A stretch of 64,000 nucleotides of DNA from Limnochordia bacterium (GTDB lineage Bacteria; Bacillota; Limnochordia; DTU080). Below are positions 18,429 to 28,014 of this stretch, piece by piece. Both the position numbers and the translations under genes were made by a program. The DNA lies in contig JBMNJG010000007.1 in NCBI GenBank assembly GCA_050951545.1, positions 448,001 through 512,000 of the forward strand, in the 5' to 3' direction. The notes beneath the pieces are model-generated. The model saw nothing but the letters and a program-made list of their open reading frames with translations. It was not told the origin of the DNA and ran no database searches. The stretch's first letter is position 1; every line of letters begins with the position of its first letter.

Positions 18429-19325
18429 CTACTGGGCGCCTTCTACTAACCAAGCCTTGTACACAGTGGGAGCGACCCCAGACTGTAGCTTGAAAGCTCT
18501 CGAGAAGCTGCTCACGTCGTTGTATTGGCAGGCCAGGGCTGTTTCAGTGACGCTTTCCCCCGCGTGAAGAAGAGCATGTGCCAGGGAGAAGCGGGTGGTG
18601 TTTAGGTGTTCCCTGAGGTTCATCCCGGTCGCTCTGCGGAAGATTCGCCGGAGGTGCCCTTCGCTGATCTCCAGACGCTTGGCTAGATCGCCTACATGGA
18701 ATATGGCGGTACCGTCTTGTCCATTCATGCGTTCGACGCATTCGACAAGCCACTCCTCATGAGGGGTCGGCCTTTCGTTGGTAACCGCGGTAGTTGGGCT
18801 TTCCTCGTCAATGCAACGCAGAATCTCAAGCAAGAGCCTAGAGATATGAGGGCGGGATGAGCGACTCCAGTCAGCACACTCGACATAGAGCCTTTGCATG
18901 AGGGCACAAAGCTTTTTCTGCATTGGCGCAGGCACGCTGAACTGGCGACAAGGTCTTGTGTTCGTAGGCAGGAGATGCAGAAGCGAGTTGGTTGGCTCTC
19001 TCACGCTCGAAGTGGGAAGAGCTAGCGGAAAGTGGACGACTCGGCGTGCGTACTCTGTAGAGGAAGAGGCATAGAGCTGGTGAGGAACAGGTCCCAGCAA
19101 CAGGGTTACGTGGCCAGGAAGGAGGGGGAATCTCTGTCTGCTGCGCGTCACCTCGAAGAAACCGGACCCTTCCTCGCAGTAGTGCAGTTCTATGTGCGGA
19201 TGCTGGTGAGCGGTGGTGTGGCCTGAGGATTTTCGCAACTGGTAGACGCGGAAATCTTGGAGTAGTGGCGTAGGGGTAGGGAACGGATGATACTGCGCTA
19301 GCACTGTACACCTTCCTCTCCGCAA
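18429..19325 (-). CDS. AraC-family transcriptional regulator
   Basis: Cupin AHQHPHIELHYCEEGSG; HTH SVTETALACQYNDVSSFSRAFKLQSGVAPTVY. Confidence 0.92.
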   Translation of the reverse strand: MRRGRCTVLAQYHPFPTPTPLLQDFRVYQLRKSSGHTTAHQHPHIELHYCEEGSGFFEVTRSRQRFPLLPGHVTLLLGPVPHQLYASSSTEYARRVVHFPLALPTSSVREPTNSLLHLLPTNTRPCRQFSVPAPMQKKLCALMQRLYVECADWSRSSRPHISRLLLEILRCIDEESPTTAVTNERPTPHEEWLVECVERMNGQDGTAIFHVGDLAKRLEISEGHLRRIFRRATGMNLREHLNTTRFSLAHALLHAGESVTETALACQYNDVSSFSRAFKLQSGVAPTVYKAWLVEGAQ

Positions 19326-19795
19326 TTCAAGGTAGCATGAACATCACGCCTGCCTGCCATATACTCCAATTTGACGACACCAGGCAGAAACCTGCCGGGG
19401 TGGTTGCGGGTTGGGGCACGACGCGGCGGAATCCATCTTTTCGGTTCTTACCTGTTGCCAAGACATGGCGAGCGATGTAGAATGTGGTTGTTGTTTGGCT
19501 GAGTTCAATCTAGGATATCAATTGCCGCATTTACACAGAAAGGGGGGCAAAGGGATGACCAAGAGGCGTCTAGTACGGTCCTGCGTAATCATTGTGCATG
19601 TCACAGACCTGGTTGTTGGCGCGCCCTTGGGAAGCATCTCTTTGCGCTTGTGTGTTCGAAACGGTGATCCCCCCTAATGAAGGGTGTAGCGGGATTTGCC
19701 CGAACCACGGCGCGCATCGGTGTCGTGGTTTTTCTTTACCGCGAAACCGACCTTTTGGGCACCGCTGTCGGATCGAGGCATCAGGAGGTGTTATC

Positions 19796-22102
19796 GTGAA
19801 GGTTCTTTGGCCACTACCATCTGAGGTCAGACAAGAGGTGGAGGGGCGACTGACTGTTGGTGAGAGGATAGAGGTAGCTCTGGCAACGGATTTGGCTACG
19901 CCGTCTGCTTTTGCTGTTGGATGGATGATCGCCACAGACAAGCGCATTATCGTGCTTGTGCCTGCCGCCGACGATGGTGATCCACTGCAAGCAGATTCTG
20001 ATGCTGTTACGCACAGAAATGGTACTACCGCTATACCAGCGGTTGGATGTCTTCCGCGTGTGCAAGAGCAGTGGCGTATAGCGGAGTATCCCCTGGACCA
20101 GGTCGAGTGGGCCAAGGTGGAGCCGCTGGTTGGTGGAGGCAAACTGTGCATTCAGGTCGGGTCACGGCTTGTCGAAGCGGTCTTTTTCTCCAGTTCTCTC
20201 ATCGAGAGATTTGCAGAAGCTGCTCGCACTATCGAGAAGCTGGCCAAGGGAACGCCACCCGACAACGCCAATGTGGAGGAGCCCACGCGCTGTGGCAAGT
20301 GTCAACGCCTCCTACCCGAGCCGGGTGGCCTGTGCCCTGCGTGTGTGCAGAAAGCTGCGGTGCTCATGCGCATTGCGCGCTATATCAAGCCGTACTGGCC
20401 TAGCGCTCTGGCCCTGGCTCTGATTGCCCTGGGCAGTACGGGTGCTCAGCTGATACCGCCCTACGTGTCGCGTATCTTGCTGGACCGGGTGCTCGTACCG
20501 AGGCAAAACATACATTTGCTTCCGTGGTTGGCACTGACTTTGCTCAGCATGTCTGCTCTTGAGGCTGGTGCCGGTGCCTTACATGGGTGGATCGTGGCCT
20601 CCCTGAGCGCCAAGGTGACACGTGACATCCGCGCTCACATCTATCGGGTGCTAGAACGCCTCACGCTGCGTTTCTATGACAAGCGGCAGACTGGGGCCAT
20701 CATGTCGCGAGTGACCAATGACGCTGACCGACTCAACGGTATCTTGGTGGATGGTCTGCCCTATCTGATCTCGAATTTCCTGCTTGTGTGCGGTGTGGCG
20801 GTTATGCTGTTTGCACTTGACTGGAAGCTGGCCCTTCTGGCGTTGCTACCCGCTCCGCTCTTAATCATGGGCGGTACGATCTTTTGGCGCCGGATGCGCA
20901 GTGTCTTCTACACGTGTGGGCAGAAGTGGTCTAACTTCTCCGCCTACCTGAACGAGTCCATCACAGGCATCAAGGTAGTGAAGGCCTTTGCCCAGGAGGA
21001 CAAGGAGATCGGACGCCTTGATAGGCGTAACGAAGCTCTCTGTACGGCCAACGTGAGTGCTGATCGGTTGTGGATGATGTTTTTCACCACAATGAATCTG
21101 ACCTCCAGTTTGGGAATAGTCATTGTGTGGTTCTTCGGTGGCAGACGCGTGTTGGCTGGTGAAGTGACCGTCGGCGAACTAGTCGCGTTTGTTCAGTACC
21201 AGATGATCATGTATCGACCGCTCCAGTGGTTCGCCCAGCTCAACAACTGGCTTACCCGGGCGCTTGCGGGCGCCGAGCGCATTTTCGAAGTGATCGATGC
21301 CGACCCGGAGCCCTACCAGAGCAGTGACTATCAGGCGCTTCCCGACATCCGCGGTGAGGTGGAGTTTCGGGGGGTCACCTTTGGTTACGAACGCTACAAG
21401 CCCGTGTTGAAGGGGGTAAACCTCCATGTGCAGCCCGGCGAGATGATAGGTCTGGTAGGTCGGTCAGGGGCTGGTAAGAGCACTCTCATCAACCTTCTGT
21501 GCCGCTTCTACGATCCGGACGAGGGCCAGATTCTGGTGGATGGTATAGACCAGAGAGAAATCCGTCTGGAAAGCCTGCGCAGTCGGATTGGTATGGTGCT
21601 GCAGGAGCCGTTTCTGTTCAACGGCACTATTGCTGAGAACATTGCCTACGGCAAACCCGATGCCTCCCTGGATGAGATCATCCGGGCAGCTCGGGCAGCA
21701 AATGCCCATACTTTTGTCGTCAACAAGCCGGATGGCTACGACACGCAGGTTGGCGAGCGGGGCGCTAAGCTGTCTGTGGGGGAACGTCAGCGGGTATCCA
21801 TCGCCCGAGCGATTCTGCATGACCCACGCATCTTGATCATGGACGAAGCTACGGCTTCCGTCGATACAGAGACGGAGCGACAGATCCAGGAGGCCATTGG
21901 GCGGCTGGTTCAGGGTAGGACTACGTTTGCCATTGCTCACCGCCTGTCGACCCTACGCAACGCCAACCGACTGGTAGTGATTGATGAGGGGACGATAGCA
22001 GAGGTGGGAACTCACGATGAGCTGATGGAGCGAAAGGGGTTGTACCACCGGCTGGTCAACATGCAGACGGAGGTCAACAAACTCCGCGCCGTTGACGGGT
22101 AG
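19796..22102 (+). CDS. ABC exporter (fused permease and ATPase) with an N-terminal extension and a Cys4 zinc-ribbon
   Basis: Walker A GRSGAGKST, signature LSVGERQR, Walker B ILIMDEAT, and CGKC..CPAC before the TM domain. Start placed at GTG 19796, after AGGAGG. Confidence 0.95.
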   Translation: MKVLWPLPSEVRQEVEGRLTVGERIEVALATDLATPSAFAVGWMIATDKRIIVLVPAADDGDPLQADSDAVTHRNGTTAIPAVGCLPRVQEQWRIAEYPLDQVEWAKVEPLVGGGKLCIQVGSRLVEAVFFSSSLIERFAEAARTIEKLAKGTPPDNANVEEPTRCGKCQRLLPEPGGLCPACVQKAAVLMRIARYIKPYWPSALALALIALGSTGAQLIPPYVSRILLDRVLVPRQNIHLLPWLALTLLSMSALEAGAGALHGWIVASLSAKVTRDIRAHIYRVLERLTLRFYDKRQTGAIMSRVTNDADRLNGILVDGLPYLISNFLLVCGVAVMLFALDWKLALLALLPAPLLIMGGTIFWRRMRSVFYTCGQKWSNFSAYLNESITGIKVVKAFAQEDKEIGRLDRRNEALCTANVSADRLWMMFFTTMNLTSSLGIVIVWFFGGRRVLAGEVTVGELVAFVQYQMIMYRPLQWFAQLNNWLTRALAGAERIFEVIDADPEPYQSSDYQALPDIRGEVEFRGVTFGYERYKPVLKGVNLHVQPGEMIGLVGRSGAGKSTLINLLCRFYDPDEGQILVDGIDQREIRLESLRSRIGMVLQEPFLFNGTIAENIAYGKPDASLDEIIRAARAANAHTFVVNKPDGYDTQVGERGAKLSVGERQRVSIARAILHDPRILIMDEATASVDTETERQIQEAIGRLVQGRTTFAIAHRLSTLRNANRLVVIDEGTIAEVGTHDELMERKGLYHRLVNMQTEVNKLRAVDG

Positions 22103-22165
22103 GCGAGCGAAACACAAGGGATCCTCTGGTCTTCGTGTCGGAGCAAGAGGGGAACAGGAGGGAAG

Positions 22166-22741
22166 ATGATCGTGAAGGGTGCTAGTTTGGCAGAACAGCA
22201 ATCGATGGAGCAATGGGCGCACCACATCGATGCTGATTACGCTCGGGATTCTTGGCAGCCGGGGATGCTGGATCCTAGAGACATCGTGTTGCGTCAGTCA
22301 AGCGGGTGGGGGATGACGCTTACACTGCGGGACGTTCGCACCTGGTTAGGTGTGCGTATCGTCCGTGCGTTCCCACTGTCACAGGGCTGGAAGTATATGA
22401 CATTCCTGAACCGCAAGAACGATGAGATAGGTACCATCCGTAGCCTGAAGGACCTCGAACCAGTGACTCGTCAGCTGGCAGAAACCGAGATACGACATCG
22501 CTACTTGGTGAACGTGATTCAGAGCATTCACTCGTTGCGCTGTGAAGGTGACACACTCTATCTCGGTGTCAGTTGCCAGCGTGGTCAGCGGGAGTGTGTG
22601 GTCAAAGCCACGAGGGAGACCGTGGTTCGGCTTGACGACGCCAGGCTGATCATTGTGGATGTAGACGGCAACCGGTTTGAGATAGACGACATACAGCGTT
22701 TTGGCAGACGAGTGCAAGAGACCTTCAACCAGGTGCTTTGA
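22166..22741 (+). CDS. DUF1854-family protein
   Basis: VRAFPLS..EIGTI..L..EIRHRY..RG..RLIIVDVDGNRFEI pattern. This family is typically encoded next to this type of ABC exporter. Confidence 0.8.
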   Translation: MIVKGASLAEQQSMEQWAHHIDADYARDSWQPGMLDPRDIVLRQSSGWGMTLTLRDVRTWLGVRIVRAFPLSQGWKYMTFLNRKNDEIGTIRSLKDLEPVTRQLAETEIRHRYLVNVIQSIHSLRCEGDTLYLGVSCQRGQRECVVKATRETVVRLDDARLIIVDVDGNRFEIDDIQRFGRRVQETFNQVL

Positions 22742-22992
22742 TGCGTCACAGAGTGAGGTCGCCGTGGACCGGAAAGGGTTGCGTGGCAACCTCTTCTCAT
22801 CTAGCGATGGTGTCCGCGGGCGGCAAAAGAGGTCCGCTTCGGTTTTCCTTTCCGCCTGTAACCGCCGTTAGACCTGTCTCTTCCACCCAAAAACCTCGCC
22901 CGGCCACGGAAAACATGCTCTAGCTCGTCGGATCTGCCCTTCGAGGCAACAGAAATGGGCCGAACCCGACATGGTTTGCCACATCCGGCGGT

Positions 22993-23072
22993 ATGGTGTA
23001 CGTGCCTGAAGCTCTGCTGCTCTCCAGTGAGCTACAGGCGACTGACAAAGTGATCTATGGCACTGCAGCTTG
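22993..23072 (+). pseudogene. N-terminal relic of a paralog of the 8465 HTH-nuclease gene
   Basis: MVYVPEALLLSSELQATDKVI, then after a frameshift MALQL, aligns with VNVPLSLLLTRELKASEKIVWMAL of the 8465 protein. Confidence 0.65.
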
Positions 23073-23136
23073 GTACTCTACAGCCGCACGAACTGGTCCG
23101 AGGAGAGGGGCCGAGCTGGCAAACTCTGAATAAAAC

Positions 23137-23364
23137 ATGCGTCCCATGAACGTCTCGCGTTCCGGTACCGTCAATCTGTCGGTGGGGAAATACGTTCCGC
23201 CTTCGAAGGGTGTTCGACGGTTGCGGGATGGGGATGTCCTCTTTAATAACACAAACAGCCCGGAGTTAGTAGGCAAGACCGCATTCGTACAGAAAGCTGG
23301 CGACTGGGGATTTTCGAGTCACATGACGAGGCTAGCTTTTCACCGGGGGACTAGCCCTAGATAG
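23137..23364 (+). pseudogene. hsdS: Fragment of a type I restriction-modification specificity subunit (HsdS target-recognition domain)
   Basis: LRDGDVLFNNTNSPELVGKTA..FSSHMTRL matches the conserved HsdS TRD motif. Only ~75 aa remain. Confidence 0.7.
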
Positions 23365-23709
23365 GCTGGGATACGTCGTGGAAGGTACTGGGCGCAAGCG
23401 ATGCCTAATCCATTTCTCTCTCATCGACAACACCACCGAGTCAGTCAGTGCATGGATCCCACAGAACCCCTATACCCTCAAGGGTCTTGGGGGGTGGAGG
23501 GGAGTTACTGGTCTCTAGGGAGTGAGAAGCAGAAGGGAGACGGAGCTGCAAGACCTAGCTACAGACCCTGCAAGGCTCGTAGCCTGGTCCTTCCCCCTTC
23601 TACTCCTCCTGACTGAGCAACCTCAGAACCCCAAGCACTTCCCCGTTCTGTGTTCCTTGGCTACGCTACAGGGATACACTGCTCAACGTCCATGACCGTA
23701 CCCGTGCGC

Positions 23710-23889
23710 TCAAGCGGGGACGGAGGGACGGTTCCGCTGCTGGTCTTCCACCGACCACTTCTCATCGAGATCCCTAATGACACGTACCTCTGTCTCAGCC
23801 ACTGCATGTGTGTACCTGTTCGCCATAGCCATCGTCTTGTGCCCTAGCCTGCTCATGATGTTCTTAACGGGCATCCCCTCGTCAGCCAG
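23710..23889 (-). pseudogene. Tyrosine integrase, extreme C-terminal part (downstream of the IS insertion)
   Basis: LADEGMPVKNIMSRLGHKTMAMANRYTH carries the LGH and catalytic Tyr motifs. Confidence 0.85.
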
Positions 23890-26247
23890 CTGGTCCTTAC
23901 CCTTACTTAACACCGTGGCTCATGGTGAGCGGGCGAATATGCTGAACAACTCAACTGCTTCCACTGCGTTGTCCAAATGCTGCAACCCGCGCCAAAGAAC
24001 CTGGGTGCCGGGCATGCCGTCGCTTTTTCGCCCCAAGTGTCCGCCTAGCTGCCCAACCATCCGAACCGCTTCAGCCATGGTAGGTGGTTTGTCCGGTGGA
24101 CGAGGGTTCTTGGTGACAAGGCAGCACAGCCGTTTTCCATTCAACGTCAGTAAAGAATGAAGTGCAAGCAACATCGGGGGTGTCCCGGCCCAGCATGGTC
24201 AGGTGGTAGATCCTCCAGGCCACGACCATGTCCAGTCCAATACAGGCTTGCAGGCTATCAGCTGTGCCGAGTTGCCGATTGCGGATACGACAGCCACTCT
24301 TCAGCGTACGATGGTATACTTCAATACCCCAGCGGCCAGCGTACCATTCCACTCTCGTTTTGGCATCCTTCGCAGTTTCGACCGGGACCGTCGTGAGTAG
24401 CATCCATTCTAGCGGTACTGTCGGTTGCGCAGTATCGCTTTCCGGAGGGAGCTCTGAAAGGCGGACTGCCCATAGCACTATAGGTGGTCCCTTGGCATCG
24501 CGTTTAGGGGGACGCACCTCTACCTTGGAAAAACGCAGCTCAACCCAAGTATCGCGAGCTTTTCGAGAGCCAGCATGTGGAATGTGAATTTTGAGCTTCG
24601 CGGCCACGTCGCGGGCAGCCAAAAAATCCCACAGGTAGCTTTGTTCTTCTCTATCAACTTTGCGAAGAAGCGCCCTATCAGACCTGATCAGAAGCCCAGG
24701 CCCGAGAGGATCCTTGGTTGCCTCGACAAGCAATTCATACATGTCAGATTCACGATCACCGACACTGACGATCAGTGTATCGGGACACAGCTTCTGTATC
24801 TCGGCCACCTTGCGGAAACTGTGCAGCCACTTGATGCTTTCCTTTTCCTCGATAGGTAGCCGCTGTCTTTTCTTGCTTTTGCCAGTTTCCTGTGGGTCGC
24901 GTACCCAACATTGCGCATCGAGAATTCCTAACGGCGTTCCCTCTGGCGTAAAAGCCAAGGTATCGTGCAAGAGCATACCGAGACCCTCACCGCCGGAACC
25001 TGTGGGACCAAGCCCCTCCGTCATAGGATGCGTATTATAATCGAGAGTGGTGGTATCCTGAGGGGCGAGCACCACGGGATGCTCCTTGATACGCTCAATT
25101 GTGGCCTCCGTATGAGGCGTGAGTATTACGTCCATGCTAACCGCCTTATTGCTGAAGAATCGATATGCCGCCATCGTGCGAGCCTTCGAACCGCATGCCT
25201 CTGGTATGTTCGCCTCGGAGTTATTGTAGAAATCCTGAGCGAGTATGTACAGACGCTGCTTGAGCCTTTCGTCAAAGAAACGAACGGTGCCAAACTCCTC
25301 TTCAGCCCAGTGAGCTGGCTCTTCAGGCCGAGGTAGCTCACATAGTTGCACTGGTGGAGCCTGACACAGACTTTGCCGCCACTCAGCGCAAAGAGGATAG
25401 AGAAAGATTCGTTTCCGAACACCGTCTCGCCTTCCTGCTGTGACGCCGACTTCCTCCCAGTTGGCCGCTTTGTAGCATGTGCCTAAGAAATGAGAAGGAT
25501 CAACAAAGCTCTCTACCAATAACGGGCGAACGGCGTAGCGCTCCTCCCAATCGTCCGCCAGCCGAGCAAGCGCCAAGGATAGCACGTGCGAGGCCAGATT
25601 GGGTACTTCCACCGAGGGTGCGATCAAGAAGCGAGCATTGCAGACAACCTGTGGCAAATTCGCTCTTCTGGCTGCTTCAGTCCAACCAATGTGTTCGTCA
25701 CGTGCCTTGAGCGCAAACGATGCCGACGTGAAAGCTAAGGCCCCTATGGCCCCATAGATCGAGCTCTCCACCAGGTACCTAATCTGAGCGCCACATAGCG
25801 GGCCGCTCCCCAAGTAATGATAGGTATCCAAAAGAGATCGCCAGGTCTGATGCGCTTTGGCGTAGCGACTACTAACGGGTTGCACAATGATCTCACCCAA
25901 CTCCTGTAGCGAGCAGGCGACCTGTGCAACCTCTATCCCAACAGGATCACCCAGATCCTGGAAAGCAAAGGTGATGTTAACTGCAGGTAGGGAGACCAAG
26001 TCTCTACGTTCAAGCTCCGCAAGAGCTTTGCGGCAACCCATCTCCTTCGGGTCACCATTAGGCGAACGCCAATCGTTCTCATCACACAATCGCCGGGACA
26101 ACTCTCGGCGCGAGATCGAAGGCTCCGCCTTGACCCACCTGTTAATCATCTCGATAATGGACTTGGTAAAATGAAAGCCGTTGATCCACATCATGCCTAA
26201 AGGCTAGCATGATCAACCCCCCGGTGTCAAGCGTGTGCGAGGACCAG
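23890..26247 (-). mobile_element. IS4-family (IS50/Tn5-like) insertion sequence, 2358 bp, with a 9-bp target-site duplication
   Basis: Ends CTGGTCCTTACCCTTACTTAACACCG and (reverse complement) CTGGTCCTCGCACACGCTTGACACCG, 19/26 match. Flanking direct repeat GTCAGCCAG at 23881-23889 and 26248-26256. Confidence 0.93.
23920..26194 (-). pseudogene. IS4/Tn5-like transposase fused to an N-terminal DUF4338 domain, frameshifted near the C-terminus
   Basis: WAEEEFG..DERL, AAYRFFSN, QDTT, GDRESD and YAGRWGIEVYHRTLKSGC (DDE/YREK). One extra base near 24133 moves the tail (LGGHLGRKSDGMPG..LWRGL) into ORF 23920-24174. This could be a real mutation or a sequencing error. Confidence 0.9.
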
Positions 26248-26545
26248 GTCAGCCAGGAGGGTGCCATGGCTGTGCCTAAGGCCGTGGAACTTGATGTACG
26301 GGAGCCCTGCCTTAGACACAAGGGCTTTCCACCTGTCTACGATGGTCGACTTGCCTAGGGCTGGGCCAGTGGTTCTCCTCCTGTCACCAGGGAAGACGTA
26401 GCTGTTGGGATTCACCAGCAGGTCCCGACTAAGCAACACCTTATGCTGAAACTCTAGGGCCTGCCGGGTCAGCGACATCATTGGGATGTCCCGCTTGCCT
26501 TTGGCACCCGACTTCAGGGGGCCTACACGCTGCTGCCCTCCGACC
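26248..26545 (-). pseudogene. Tyrosine integrase catalytic-domain fragment (upstream of the IS insertion; N-terminus lost)
   Basis: PLKS..KRDIP..YVFP..AGLPYIKFHGLRHSHGTLLAD (HxLRH motif). It joins the 23710-23889 piece exactly through the duplicated LAD codons. Confidence 0.85.
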
Positions 26546-26558
26546 TCAGAGATGGCTT

Positions 26559-26615
26559 GACGAGCGCATGACGATTGCCCTGCTCGACAGGCTGACCCAT
26601 CGTGCACACATCCTA
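26559..26615 (+). pseudogene. IS21-family helper ATPase (IstB) C-terminal scrap
   Basis: DERMTIALLDRLTHRAHIL matches the IstB LLDRLTH motif. Confidence 0.6.
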
Positions 26616-26900
26616 CTTGGGTACCTGCTATATCCCGGCAAGCACTATGGCATTGACGGGCCTTTGGGCACCGTCAGACTGGCCATGGTCAGGGAGGGCA
26701 ATGAAGACCTGGAGTATTTCTGGCTTTACCGCACGCTCGCTGAGCAGGCTGGTCTTTCGGATGAGGTGATTGAGGCGCAAGTCCAGTCGCTGATCGAGCC
26801 CCTGGCCCGCAACCTGCGGGACTGGGAGAGAGACCCGCGTCTTCTCTACAAGCAACGAGAGGCCGTGGCCCAGCAGATCATTGAGCTGCTGCCACAGTAG
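26616..26900 (+). pseudogene. C-terminal DUF4091-like fragment of a glycoside hydrolase (GH123-like)
   Basis: GYLLYPG..GPLGTVRLAMVREGNEDLEY motif. The N-terminal catalytic part has been replaced by mobile-element debris. Confidence 0.65.
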
Positions 26901-26908
26901 AGCACGAC

Positions 26909-26932
26909 AGGGCGGGCATCAAGTCCCGCCCT
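26909..26932. terminator. Hairpin between convergent genes
   Basis: AGGGCGGG-N8-CCCGCCCT. Confidence 0.55.
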
Positions 26933-26973
26933 AGCCTCGTCATTGCCGGTAGGGATGTCACTTCTCAGGGTGG

Positions 26974-27942
26974 TTAGGGAGTCGTGTAGGCTGGTACTAC
27001 TCGTATGTTCCCTGTATAGCTATCCACTGCAGCGACACTACGCACGCGTCCTTGCTCGTCCAACGCACAATCGACCTCGGTCAGATCGTTGATGGAGTCG
27101 AGCTCCAGGCGTTGATTTCCTATCTGGATGTAGCCACCTACGAGCCAGCGTGCTTGGGCTTCGGGATGGGGGCTGCGCCGATGATCGTCAAAGAAGCTCA
27201 GCACCACACTGAGATATTCCGGTAGGCGCAGATCGTGACCTAGGCCAGGCAACTCCACATAGGCGACTGGTTTGCTTAACTCCTCAGCGAAGGCCTTGTA
27301 GCGTCTGGCCATGACGACAGGTACCCGCGGGTCTTCCACGCCGTGAAAGATAAGTAGAGGAGCTCGCAAGTTGGGCAAAAGGTGGAGCCCACTGCGGGCT
27401 CGGTAGGCGTTGGGGTCTTGGTCAGGCGTCACACCTAGCCAGACATCCATTTCATCGCGAAACTCACCCACACGGTCGCCGTTGTACCACAGGGCATAGT
27501 CGGATATGCCACACAAAACGACGCCAGCTGCGAAGAAATGAGGGAACTTCGCCATAGCAGCGTATGTATTGCCCCCGCCTCCACTGCCTCCAAGGCAGTA
27601 GACAGTCTCTGGGTCACGGATAAACTCCGCGTAGCGTCGGCGGACGTAGTTTACGGCGTCGATGCCATCAAGCAGCTCCCAGCCATTGACGTCCGGCACA
27701 CCGCCACTTGGTCCTCGGCCTCGCATGTCGACGTTCACCACTACGAAATAGGGAGCCAGGACTTGGGCCATATGCCGGGCGCTCCTGCGCTCGCCGTGCC
27801 AACCGTGAAAGAGCAGCAGCAGAGGCGCTGGGTGAGCAGGTAGATAGACATCCGTGAATAACTGGCAATCCGTATCGCGAGAAGAAGAGTAGACGACGTC
27901 GTACTCTGCGCGCCAGGCGCTTGAGGTCGCATCGCTTGACAT
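26974..27942 (-). CDS. Alpha/beta hydrolase (S9 peptidase/esterase-like)
   Basis: FHGWHG oxyanion loop, GGSGGG nucleophile elbow, IFHGVEDPRVP and LPGLGH. Confidence 0.88.
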   Translation of the reverse strand: MSSDATSSAWRAEYDVVYSSSRDTDCQLFTDVYLPAHPAPLLLLFHGWHGERRSARHMAQVLAPYFVVVNVDMRGRGPSGGVPDVNGWELLDGIDAVNYVRRRYAEFIRDPETVYCLGGSGGGGNTYAAMAKFPHFFAAGVVLCGISDYALWYNGDRVGEFRDEMDVWLGVTPDQDPNAYRARSGLHLLPNLRAPLLIFHGVEDPRVPVVMARRYKAFAEELSKPVAYVELPGLGHDLRLPEYLSVVLSFFDDHRRSPHPEAQARWLVGGYIQIGNQRLELDSINDLTEVDCALDEQGRVRSVAAVDSYTGNIRVVPAYTTP

Positions 27943-28014
27943 TCGGGGATCGCTCCTATCGGAATGATGCTGGTTTTCTTCATCGTAGCCGCCACGCAGT
28001 CCTGCACGGCACTT

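Noticed and set aside
19555-19677. Short ORF MTKRRLVRSCVIIVH.. with a good RBS, divergent from AraC
   Set aside because: It could be the remnant of a signal peptide, but it is too short and degenerate to call.
23137-23364. Functional type I R-M system or hsdS shufflon
   Set aside because: Only one short TRD scrap remains, with no hsdM or hsdR and no inverted repeats flanking alternative TRDs.
23400-23700. Possible origin or att site (CAGAACCCC repeats, a small hairpin) downstream of the integrase
   Set aside because: The repeats are short, and I could not find a tRNA fragment or a matching second att copy in the window.
25340-26194. Druantia anti-phage system (DruA hit)
   Set aside because: The DUF4338 domain is inside an IS and fused to its transposase, and no druB-E genes are present.
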